Source: Eledone cirrhosa (lineage: Eukaryota). Taken from it: 64,000 bases of DNA. Shown here one piece after another: positions 13,985 to 24,949 of this stretch. Location of the stretch: assembly GCA_964016885.1 (NCBI GenBank), contig OZ024757.1:12338001-12402000 (forward strand), in the 5' to 3' direction. Numbering within the stretch: the stretch's first letter is position 1; each line of letters begins with the position of its first letter. The position numbers and the translations under genes were made by a program. Under the pieces are notes generated by a model that ran no database searches, was not told the origin of the DNA, and worked only from the letters and a program-made list of their open reading frames with translations.

Positions 13985-14400
13985 AAACGGAAAAAATGAA
14001 ACGAAATTTCATTTCCCACTCTTACTATGGCTGTTACTTAAATATTAGTATGTATACGTACATACATATATGTATACAGACGTACAGTAGTATGTATATA
14101 TATATATACATACATGCACACATATATATATGTACGTATGGATTCACCAAACATTCATTACAATGCTCGGTGTGTTTGTAAACAAACATCCCGAATTAAG
14201 CCGTACAGTGTCTAACAACAATCGTTGCTCGTTTGTTCAGCACTGACAAAGGAACGCTGTACTAGTTTCAAGCTTGTTAGCTATCGTCAACAACCTTCCT
14301 GCCGATATGCAAATTGGGCTACTCAGCCGTTAATATGCATAAGGAAATTATATACTTTCGGACCATCTGGCAGGAAGGTATACGTTGCAATTTGTATATA
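13985..14400 (-). mobile_element. Diverged copy of the 466-bp hammerhead unit with its promoter-like segment inverted
   Basis: Minus strand GTTG-TTGACGA-TAGC TAACAA GCTT-GAAA-CTAG-TA-CAGCG at 14251-14299; plus strand ATATGCAAAT...TCAGCCGTTAAT...TTATATAC at 14305-14388. Confidence 0.8.
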
Positions 14401-14539
14401 ATAGGGGTTAATTTGAAGCAGAAAAGGTTGGGGACCACTTAAGACAACAAATCGTCCTTTTTATTTTATTACAATTATTATTATTATCATATGTATATAT
14501 ATTTTAGTCTTCAAATTTATTATTATTACTATATATATA

Positions 14540-14852
14540 TCATCATTTTATTTTACGTCCGCTTTTCCCTGCTTGCAAGAGTGGGACGGGAACTGATTCT
14601 GGCTTGATTTCTACAGCCGGATGCCTTTCCTAACACCAACCTCATTTACAGTGAGTGGTGGGTGCTTTTTTGCCGTGGCACCTCCACGACCACTTTGCAG
14701 TAGAATGATAGGGACTGGAGTCCCTATCATCTCATTTCTACAGCTGACTAAACTGGAGCAATGTGAAATAAAGTGTCTTGCTCAAGGAAACAAATTGAAC
14801 TCACAACCTTTCGATTGCAAGGTCAATGCTCTAACCACTAAGCCATGTGCCT

Positions 14853-14854
<2 letters not shown>
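14540..14854 (-). mobile_element. tRNA/CORE-like/RTE-tail SINE
   Basis: Closely similar to 985-1302. Confidence 0.85.
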
Positions 14855-14922
<68 letters not shown>

Positions 14923-15149
14923 AAGTATGCATGTATACGTACATACATATATGTATACAGACGTACAGTAGCGTGCACATATATATATATATATATACAT
15001 ATGCATACAGGTACACATACATATATGCACGTATCAGTTTAGCGGCGCTAACGTCGCTTTGTTCGTTTGTAAACAAACTGAACAGCCTGAATTTATGCCA
15101 TACGGTGTTAAGGCAACCACGTCACCTTTTTGTTCAACACTGACACAGG

Positions 15150-15194
15150 AACGATGTACTAGTTTCAAGCTTGTTAGCTATCATCAGCACCGTT
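15150..15194 (-). ncRNA. Minimal type I hammerhead ribozyme
   Basis: AACGGTG-CTGATGA-T AGC TAACAA GCT T-GAAA-CTAG-TA-CATCGTT. Confidence 0.9.
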
Positions 15195-15466
15195 TACCCA
15201 TCTGCCAGATAGTTGAACGTTCGAAAGTATATACTTTCCTTATGAAAATTAACGGCTGAGCAGCCTAATTTGCATATTGAGTGAGTTAAATCGGTCAGGC
15301 ATACCGAAAACGATAAATTGAAACAAAATGAAAACGAAATTTCATTTCTCACTCTTAGTATGGCACTCAATTTAACTCACTCAATATGCAAATTAGGCTG
15401 CTCAGCCGTTAATTTTCATAAGGAAAGTATATACTTTCGAACGTTCAACTATCTGGCAGCTGGGTA

Positions 15467-15511
15467 AACGGTGCTGATGATAGCTAACAAGCTTGAAACT
15501 TGTACATCGTT
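15467..15511 (+). ncRNA. Minimal type I hammerhead ribozyme (loop III variant CTTG)
   Basis: Same motif with GAAACTTGTA, which breaks the ACTAGT palindrome. Confidence 0.85.
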
Positions 15512-15851
15512 CCTGTGTCAGTGTTGAACAAAAAGGTGACGTGGTTGCCTTAACACCGTATGGCATAAATTCAGGCTGTTCAGTTTGTTTACAAACGAAC
15601 AAAGCGACGTTAGCGCCGCTAAACTGATACGTGCATATATGTATGTGTACCTGTATGCATATGTATATATATATGTATATATATATATATATGTGCATGC
15701 TACTGTACGTCTGTATACATATATGTATGTACGTATACATGCATACTTACATTTAAGTAAGTGCCATACTAAGAGTGAGAAATGAAATTTCGTTTTCATT
15801 TTGTTTCAATTTATCGTTTTCGGTATGCCTGACCGATTTAACTCACTCAAT

Positions 15852-15899
15852 ATGCAAATTAGGCTGCTCAGCCGTTAATTTTCATAAGGAAAGTATATA
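15852..15899 (+). promoter_or_regulatory. Octamer + conserved box + TATA promoter-like block (present in each unit)
   Basis: ATGCAAAT 15852-15859, TCAGCCGTTAATTTTCATA, TATATA 15894-15899; conserved in the diverged units at 14307 and 17069. Confidence 0.5.
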
Positions 15900-15932
15900 C
15901 TTTCGAACGTTCAACTATCTGGCAGATGGGTA

Positions 15933-15977
15933 AACGGTGCTGATGATAGCTAACAAGCTTGAAACTAGTACATCGTT
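15933..15977 (+). ncRNA. Minimal type I hammerhead ribozyme
   Basis: AACGGTG-CTGATGA-TAGC TAACAA GCTT-GAAA-CTAG-TA-CATCGTT; predicted GUA cleavage after 15970. Confidence 0.9.
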
Positions 15978-16398
15978 CCTGTGTCAGTGTTGAACAAAAA
16001 GGTGACGTGGTTGCCTTAACACCGTATGGCATAAATTCAGGCTGTTCAGTTTGTTTACAAACGAACAAAGCGACGTTAGCGCCGCTAAACTGATACGTGC
16101 ATATATGTATGTGTACCTGTATGCATATGTATATATATATGTATATATATATATATATGTGCATGCTACTGTACGTCTGTATACATATATGTATGTACGT
16201 ATACATGCATACTTACATTTAAGTAAGTGCCATACTAAGAGTGAGAAATGAAATTTCGTTTTCATTTTGTTTCAATTTATCGTTTTCGGTATGCCTGACC
16301 GATTTAACTCACTCAATATGCAAATTAGGCTGCTCAGCCGTTAATTTTCATAAGGAAAGTATATACTTTCGAACGTTCAACTATCTGGCAGATGGGTA

Positions 16399-16443
16399 AA
16401 CGGTGCTGATGATAGCTAACAAGCTTGAAACTAGTACATCGTT
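16399..16443 (+). ncRNA. Minimal type I hammerhead ribozyme
   Basis: Identical to 15933-15977. Confidence 0.9.
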
Positions 16444-16759
16444 CCTGTGTCAGTGTTGAACAAAAAGGTGACGTGGTTGCCTTAACACCGTATGGCATAA
16501 ATTCAGGCTGTTCAGTTTGTTTACAAACGAACAAAGCGACGTTAGCGCCGCTAAACTGATACGTGCATATATGTATGTGTACCTGTATGCATATGTATAT
16601 ATATATGTATATATATATATATATATGTGCATGCTACTGTACGTCTGTATACATATATGTATGTACGTATACATGCATACTTACATTTAAGTAAGTGCCA
16701 TACTAAGAGTGAGAAATGAAATTTCGTTTTCATTTTGTTTCTATATATATATATATATG

Positions 16760-16827
<68 letters not shown>

Positions 16828-16832
16828 CAAAT

Positions 16833-17421
16833 AATAGCTGGACACTCACAGTAAAGTGACCAGTGAAAAACTCGGTACATCTACATATGTATACGTGTGT
16901 GTATTCATATGCATACTAGTATTTCAGTATACATATGTGGATGTACATTTTTAACTTAATTGTTTAAGCGTCAGTCATACAAAAGTGAGTTACAAACGAA
17001 ACGAAATTTAATTTCGTTTCGTTATTTGTTTTTATCGTCTCCGTTGAACCGGTACGTACTCACGCTCTATGCAAATTAGTCTGCCCACTACTAATTTTCA
17101 TAGAAAAAGCATATAACGATATGTGCTTTTACGATTCTCTAGAGAGGCCGGAAGATAGGTAAATGTTGCTGATGAGATGTAACAACATCGAAACTAGTTC
17201 AATATTCCTTGTCTGGCTTTCTGGAGAATAGAGGAAAGGTGTTTCCTCAAAAACCAGTATGACTCTAAAAACCGGTTTGTCTGTGTGTTTACATACAGAA
17301 TAGCTGGACACTCACAGTAAAGTGACCAGTGAAAAACTCGGTACATCTACATATGTATACGTGTGTGTATTCATATGCATACTAGTATTTCAGTATACAT
17401 ATGTGGATGTACATTTTTAAC

Positions 17422-17428
<7 letters not shown>
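16833..17428 (+). mobile_element. Diverged subfamily of the 466-bp hammerhead unit (about 1.3 units, ~130-bp terminal direct repeat)
   Basis: ATAGCTGGACACTCAC at 16834 and 17300 (period 466); shares TATGCAAATTAG.CTGC and TAATTTTCATA with the adjacent array. Confidence 0.85.
17162..17206 (+). ncRNA. Minimal type I hammerhead ribozyme (covariant stems)
   Basis: AATGTTG-CTGATGA-GATG TAACAA CATC-GAAA-CTAG-TT-CAATATT. Confidence 0.9.
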
Positions 17429-17459
<31 letters not shown>

Positions 17460-17822
17460 GTTACATATGAAAATATATATGGGTTACATATGAAAAACTT
17501 TGTCCTCATCAGTGGCCATCCAACCGTCGTAGGCATTTCGTCGCATTAAAGGCCATATGGTGCGAGCAACGGCTAAAAAAAAGTCGTTCGGACACGTAAA
17601 TAAAGGGGACGCTAGGGTAAACAAACAAAATGGTTTAAGCAGCAGAAAGAGAGGGAGAAGGAAACAAGTCCCAGATTTCTATGAATATAAATTCGGTGGA
17701 ATCGTGAACGAGAGAATAAAGACCATCAAACCTGGTTGAAATGTGAGCAAGGAAGGAATTTCGCACAGGTCTAACGGGAGGAAGAAGGGGTCTGGTCTGC
17801 GAATTCGGTAAACATAAGTTCT

Positions 17823-17871
<49 letters not shown>

Positions 17872-17874
<3 letters not shown>

Positions 17875-18240
17875 AAATGAGGTCGTGTAGGTGTCACGAC
17901 AAAAAAAAAACACACAGTCCGCGCTGTAATGTGGCCGTGTAGGTAACACGGTAAAAACCTCCCAGTTCCACACTGTAAATGTGGTTGGTGTTAGGAAGGC
18001 CACCCAGCCGTAGAAAACCCGCCAGACAATCCTATGCGAGCAAGACAACCACTCTTGCCTCAAGTGGGAAAACTCCCGTCCAAACCCATGCAAGCGTGGA
18101 ATATGGACGTTAAACGAAGATGATGATGATGATGATGATGATAGTAATAATAATAAATTTGAAGACTAAAATCCAAATAGAGCTCGATAAGGATAAATAT
18201 ATATCAAATATATAAGAACCGTAGAGCAAATATTTATTAA
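17872..18240 (+). repeat. Direct duplicate of 21442-21885 (RTE 3' end plus flank)
   Basis: ACAAATGAGGTCGTGTAGGTGTCACGAC...(GAT)n...GAAGACTAAAATCCAAA...GAACCGTAGAGCAAATATTTATTAA in both places. Confidence 0.88.
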
Positions 18241-18422
18241 CATTTTTTCAGAAGATCCCGTTAAAGGTGAAAGCAGCGATTCTTTGCTTAAACTTTAATC
18301 TGTTATTTTAATAAATATATATATATATATGCAGAGGTTATATTTAATTTGTTGGGATTTAACAAGCTTAAACATTTTTATAACTGATATAAAGCACTCA
18401 ACACTTAGTGGTGTAAATACAC

Positions 18423-18596
18423 AATATATTAATAAATGGAAACTATATTTATAAAACCATATTTATTTTATTATACATATTTCAAGGACCACAATGTCTT
18501 TTAGAGGAGAAGAGATGCTAAAGAATGTGGCCCTTGAAATATGTATAATAAAATAAATATGGTTTTATAAATATAGTTTCTATTTATTAATATATT
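18423..18596. repeat. Foldback palindrome (~70-bp arms)
   Basis: 18423-18493 is the reverse complement of 18526-18596. Confidence 0.9.
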
Positions 18597-18617
18597 CTAT
18601 ATATATATATATATATA

Positions 18618-18845
18618 TATGAAAGACGTAAAATAAGAAAATTATAAAAATTAACTTACTTACAAAAAAGGAGTGAAATATTAGTAAGTAAGTTAATTTT
18701 TATAATTTTCTTATTTTACGTCTTTCATATAATTGTTCTGCATCCCCTTGCATTGAACCACAATGTTACTAAGACAAAACCTATATATTTGCTAGCATAG
18801 GTATGCATCTGTATATATATGTTGGTAGATATACTAATTCTTTAT
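18618..18845 (+). mobile_element. Permuted fragment of the 9379-9862 unit with an inverted tail
   Basis: 18618-18663 is the reverse complement of 18684-18730; 18771-18843 matches the reverse complement of 9790-9860. Confidence 0.8.
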
Positions 18846-19596
18846 TTATATATATATATATATGTGTATGTATATATACACAGATATATATATATATGTG
18901 TGTGTGTGTACCCCTCATTCCGTTTTTAAAAATACACTCGTTGAACACGTCATCCCCGTGGCAACACGTGGTTCAAATCATTCGCAGATTTGCATTTGCT
19001 GTATAAACACAGATGGTTATCTTCTTCTCCTTTGGTGAACATCAAAGAATTTAACTGCTGTGATTTACGGATTAATAGGTGAAATATATTTCTTACTTAA
19101 AGAAATATATACAAAGGCGATTAATCATTTTAAATGGTATCTATATTTGAAGTTCTAGTTAAACTTTAATTAGTTACCTACCTAGCTATGTGTGCCTACA
19201 TTCTTTACAAATTATTCCCTGTGATTGTTTCATGTATTTATTTTAATAATAATAATAATGAAATATTGTGTACAGTGCTCAGGTGCACTACAACTCATCA
19301 AAAAGTGTATGTATAGTACATAGGGTAATGTACAAACGTCAGGAAAATTAACAGTGCATGAGTCATGATACACACGTGTGCATGTGTATGGAAGGGGTAC
19401 ATCAGGTGTAGTTTTGGAGTATTTCGGGAAGCATGAGTGTCTTAAAGGATGCAGTTTTATATATATATATGTCAATCTATTTCTAGTTGATAAGTAATGC
19501 ACGGATCTAATCTTTGAGCTTATTCTACGGTGGATATGGCGCATGTCTCTCAGACATGACAACCCTTAATTTTAATTTTGTATATATATATATATA

Positions 19597-21708
19597 GAAG
19601 GTAGCTTGGAAGTGTCACTACGAAAGGCTACTAAATGAGGAGAATAAATGGGAGAAAGACAGTCTCCCCCACATCGACCCAATAGAGGGACCAGCAGTGT
19701 TAGTCGAAGGTAGTATAATAAGTAAGGCAATCAGAGATATGAAGACGGGTAAGGCCTTCGGAAATAGTTGCTGAGATACTGAAAGCCTCTGGAACGGTGG
19801 GACACACCATGGTCACCCGGATAGTAAACCAAGTCATACAGAATGGGGTTGTTCCGAAGGACTGGCGTAGCAGCAGCATCATTAACTGCTACAAGGGTAA
19901 AGGAGACGCCCTAGATAGGAGTAACTATAGAGGCATTAAATTAATCGACCAGGTCATGAAGGTCATGGAAAAAGTAATAGCGCAACTAATCAGAGAGAGA
20001 ATTGATCTAGATGAAATGCAGTTCGGGTTTGTGTCAGGCAAAAGTACCACAGACGCTCTTTTCATTGTACGACAACTACAGGAGAAGTACCTAGCTAAAA
20101 GTAAACCCCTATACTTAGCTTTTGTCGACTTGGAGAAAGCCTTCGACAGAGTCCCCCGTTCCATTATCTGGTGGGCTCTTAGAAAACTAGGTGTTGATGA
20201 ATGGCTTGTGAGAGCTATACAAGCCATGTAAAAAGAAACAGTCAGCAAGGTTAGAATTAACAACGAATATAGTGAAGGGTTTAGCGTAAAAGTTGGTGTT
20301 CATCAGGGCTCCGTTCTTAGCCCCCTACTATTTATTATAGCCCTTCAGGCTATAACAGTGGAGTTCAAGACCGGCTGCCCATGGGAGCTCCTATACGCAG
20401 ATGATCTAACGCTCATAGCTGAATCAATGGCCGAACTAGAGAAGAAATTCCAAACATGGAAGCACGGCCTAGAATCAAAAGGCCTTAAAATTAACCTGGC
20501 TAAGACTAAAGTTTTAGTTTGTAGGAAGGAAAATAGGGCGCCGGTCCCATCCGGGAAATGGCCATGCTCAGTATGTAGGAAAGGCGTAGGTAGAAACTCC
20601 ATTTTATGTCCCAAATGCAAAGTATGGGTGCATAAAAGATGTAGTGGGATCACAGGTAAGCTAACTAAGAACATAGATTTTACATGTGGCCGGTGCCCAC
20701 AAAATACTAGCTCTTTCAATTGCACAGAGGGTTCTATAGAAATAGTGGACAGCTTCCGTTACCTGGGTGACAAAATCAGCAGTGGGGGAGGGTGCTCTGA
20801 AAGTATAGTAGCTAGAGTCAGAACTGGATGGAAAAAGTTCAGAGAGCATATACCATTATTAGCCGCTAAAGGGTTCTCCCTAAAAATGAAAGGCAGGCTG
20901 TATGATGCCTGCATACGAACAGCAATGTTGCTTGGCAGTGAGACCTGGGCATTGTGTGCAGAGGATATACGCAGACTAGAGAGGAACGAAGCTTGCATGC
21001 TCCGCTGGATGTGTAATAGTAATATACGTGAACGGCAAAGCATTAACGAACTAAGGGAAACATTAGAAATAAGAGGGATCAGATGTTGTTTACTCGAGAG
21101 AAGTATGGTCACGTGATGCGCATGAAAGACGATAGCTGTATAAAAAAGTGCAGGGCAATAAAAATAGACGGTAGCCACGGAGTAGGCAGACCCAGAAAAA
21201 CCTGGGACGACTTGATAAATTCTGACCTCACACACTTGCACCTCTCCAAGACAATGTCACTGGACCGAGATCTTTGGCGGTACTCAGTAATAGAGAATCC
21301 CGCCTTACCTAAATACAAAGTAAAACATACTACAGTCAGTAGGCACCTTTAACAAAATACTCCCCCGTCCCACTACCCCCACCCCATCCACACCGCCCCT
21401 TTCAATGTAAAGTTATGTTGGTACCACAACATCCAGGCCGAAACAAATGAGGTCGTGTAGGTGTCACGACAAAAAAACACACAGTTCACGCTGTAATGTG
21501 GCCGTGTAGGTAACACAGTAAAAACCTCCCAGTTCCACACTGTAAATGTGGTTGGTGTTAGGAAGGGCATTCAACCGTAGAAAACCCGCCAGACAGTCCT
21601 ATGAGAGCAAGATAACCACTCTTGCCTCAAGTGGGAAAACTCCCGTTCAAACCCATGCAAGCGTGGAATATGGACGTTAAACGATGATGATGATGATGAT
21701 GATGATGA
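19597..21708 (+). mobile_element. 5'-truncated RTE LINE (RT + PHD finger), disrupted
   Basis: NYRGIKL, QFGF, AFVDLEKAFDRVP, LLYADDL, CSVC..CPKC..HKRC..CGRC, DSFRYLG; stop at 20229; (GAT)n tail. Confidence 0.95.
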
Positions 21709-21789
21709 TATATATATACACATATATATATATACATATAACATATGTATATATACATATATACATATAACATATATATATACATATAG

Positions 21790-22651
21790 TAATAATAATA
21801 AAATTGAAGACTAAAATCCAAAGAGGGCTCGATAAGGAAAATATATATCAAATATATAAGAACCGTAGAGCAAATATTTATTAAAATAACAGATTAAAGT
21901 TTAAGCAAAGAATCGCTGCTTTCACCCTTAACGGGATCTTCTGAAACTAACAAAGTCAATCTGTAAACGCAGAACTGGATATTTCAAAAAACGTTGCAAC
22001 CGGAGGAAGACAGGAAGACGATACTTTGGTTCATGGTAACGTTCCCTGGCAAAGAACGGGAAAAAACGAATAAACGTCATTAATAGGAGCGGTGAAAAAC
22101 AATTACGCGCAAAGACAGAACCACGTTTATGGTATAAAAGAGGTCGTAGACTAATGTTCTCTTAGGTGGTGCATAGAGACGTTCTCTGGCAATGAACGAA
22201 AAAACGAAGATAATAAGTCATATGTGGACCGTGGAGAACAATAGCACGCAAAGACAAAACCACGTAAATGGTATAGCAGAAGTTGTAGACTAAAATTCTA
22301 ACTAGGAGACCAAATGAATCTCCGCTACAGAGTTAAGAACAAAGTAAATAAATACAATACAGAAGTAATAGAAACAAATAAATACATACACGCAAACAGA
22401 TACGTACATACACAAGAATACGTAAAACCTTACCATAGGTATACAAAACCACGCACATATAAATATGTGTGTGTGTGTACGTTCTTTGCCAGCGAACGTT
22501 TCCACGAACCAAAGTATCGTCTTCCTGTCTTCCTCCGGTTGCAACGTTTTTTGAAATATCCAGTTCTGCGTTTACAGATTGACTTTGTTAGTTTCAGAAG
22601 ATCCCGTTAAGGGTGAAAGCAGCGATTCTTTGCTTAAACTTTAATCTGTTA

Positions 22652-22660
<9 letters not shown>
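21790..22660. mobile_element. Non-coding element with ~180-bp inverted arms (21880-22058 / 22480-22659), pLTR-like
   Basis: Direct reverse-complement match; sits between TA tracts; related pieces at 18150-18315 and 35255-35285. Confidence 0.75.
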
Positions 22661-22693
<33 letters not shown>

Positions 22694-22800
22694 GGAGGTT
22701 GGTGTTATGAAGGGCATCCAGCTGTAGAAATCAAGCCAGAATCAGTTCCTGTCCCACCCCTGCAAGCAGGGAAAAACGGACGTAAAATGATGATGATGAT

Positions 22801-22838
<38 letters not shown>

Positions 22839-23589
22839 CTCATGCATACACACAGATACTCACATTCATATATATATATTTATATAGTAAAGCACTTTAC
22901 GATTAGGATTATATATATATATCTATATATGTTGTTCTTGGCTGCTATTTCTAGCGCTAAAATTAAAACCGGAAGTGGACAAGATGAAAAAGTTACCTAA
23001 AGTTAAGTCTCAACTTTTTAAACAATAGATTTTTTTATGTCAACAAACGGAGAATATTTGGCAAGAAAGATAACTCTTGTCTTACTTAAAGCCAGAAATT
23101 GAGATAAAAATTTTGCGAGTCTGCAGTTTATGTAAACCTTCTTATTTGGTCTTGTTAACTGGCATTTGACTGCTATTTCTAGCATATATTAATAGACACT
23201 TTAGAAATAGCAGCCAAAAGTCAGCTAACAACACTATAGGAAACACCAGAAATAAGGTTTCATTCACACACATATATATATATATAAATGTACATGAGTG
23301 TGTGTGTGTGTATATATATACATGTACACACACACAGACATGTGTGTGTGCGTTTAAATATATATTCACACACACGCGCACAAATATATTAATATATGTG
23401 CGTATATATATATATAATATATGTATGTATGCATGTGTGTGTATGTGTGTATATACATATACATATATATATACGTATATATATGTATATGTATATATAC
23501 ATATACAGTATATGTGTGTACATGTATATATATGTATATGTGTGTGTGAATATTTATATACTACACCTTTAAGTTTAAATTTCAATTGA

Positions 23590-23832
23590 ATAACATTACA
23601 GATATGTTTTATATATATATATATATAAATAACATTACAGATATGTTATATATATATATATATATATATAAATAACATTACAAATATGTTTTATATATAT
23701 ATAACATTACAGATATGTTTTATATATATATATATAAATAACATTACAGATATGTTATATATATATATATATATATAAATAACATTACAGATATGTTTTA
23801 TATATATATATATAAATAACATTACAGATATG

Positions 23833-23902
<70 letters not shown>

Positions 23903-24052
23903 CATTACAGATATGTTGTATGTAAATAAATAACATTACAGATATGTTATATATATATATATAAATAACATTACAGATATGTTTTATATATATAAATAAA
24001 TAACATTACAGATATGTTATATATATATAAATAACATTACAGATATGTTATA
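23590..24052. repeat. Compound minisatellite AATAACATTACAGATATGTT + variable (TA)n
   Basis: About a dozen copies of the 20-mer separated by TA runs of different length. Confidence 0.95.
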
Positions 24053-24123
24053 TCATCATCATTTCATCATTTCATTTTATGTCCGCTTTTTCCCTGCTTG
24101 CAAGGGTGGGACGGAAACTGATT

Positions 24124-24360
24124 CAGTAAGGTGAGGCTAAGGTACTGAAATAACCAGGTACCCTCACCTAACACCCCAGTAAGGTGAGGCTAAGGTAGTA
24201 AAATAACCAAGTACCCTCACCTGACACCCCAGTAAGGTGAGGCTAAGGTACTGAAATAACCAGGTACCCTCACCTGACACCTCAGTAAGGTGATGCTAGG
24301 GTACTGAAATAACCAGGTACCCTCACAGACATCACCTGACACCTCAGTAAGGTGAGCCAC
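24124..24360. repeat. ~53-bp tandem repeat
   Basis: CAGTAAGGTGAGGCTAAGGTACTGAAATAACCAGGTACCCTCACCTGACACC x~4. Confidence 0.9.
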
Positions 24361-24369
24361 CAGTGATGA

Positions 24370-24940
24370 CAAGAACTTCACTGTCAGCCTCAAATGCCAC
24401 AGGCTGGAAGAAATAATTATTTCATAAGTCCTGGTATTTCCGTTCGGCAACGGAAGCAGTGACCCCCTCATTTACCGTGGTGTCCATGATGTGGGAGAGG
24501 GCAAAACAGTTTATGACTGTCACATCCCAGATGAGACATCTACCTTTCACCCAGGGACAAAGGGTAAGACCGTCTGGTCTCTCCCCATCACTTCTGGATA
24601 AACCAGCTGGATCCAGAACTGTGGGGATATTTTCCAGAGCCATGGCACCGTTTAACTCGGTGTGATGGGTAAAATGACCAGCATGCAGGTGGCAGGACAA
24701 ACCATGTAAAAATTGTAAAAATTGACAAACCATGTAAAAATTGATTGGAAAAGATCAAAGGAAGAGTTGAAAGTTTCCCTTGAACGCAGATTGTCCCATA
24801 CTCTCTGCTTCCGTCTATCCTCATCAGTAACTGGGACTGACAAACCCAGCTCTCTCCATTGTAGTAAAGCTTCATCCAACTCCCTGGTGGAACTAGTCCA
24901 ACGGTGGGAAGGAGAGGATGTTGTAGAAAATCTGTAGCGC
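24370..24940 (-). mobile_element. CRE-like (restriction-like endonuclease) non-LTR retrotransposon remnant
   Basis: PAGLSRSDGERPDGLTLCPWVKGRCLIWDVTV...AERKYQDL in ORF 24422-24733. Confidence 0.8.
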
Positions 24941-24949
24941 GAGCCCTGG

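Larger units (their letters stand above)
14918..16741 (+). repeat. 466-bp tandem repeat (about 3 plus-strand units, 15370-16741) preceded by one inverted unit (14918-15367); one hammerhead per unit (retrozyme-like array)
   Basis: Period 466 (equivalent ORF ends at 15402, 15868, 16334); flanked on both sides by long (TA)n. Confidence 0.95.

Noticed and set aside
15402-16880. Repeated 66-112 aa ORFs in the 466-bp array
   Set aside because: Driven by TA/CA microsatellites and not conserved in the diverged subfamily; conservation is at the RNA structure level
19250-19460. Possible 3' end of another LINE or repeat
   Set aside because: Single copy in the window with no diagnostic motif; cannot classify
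23590-24052. CRISPR-like repeat/spacer appearance
   Set aside because: Spacers are only (TA)n of varying length; eukaryotic context and no cas genes
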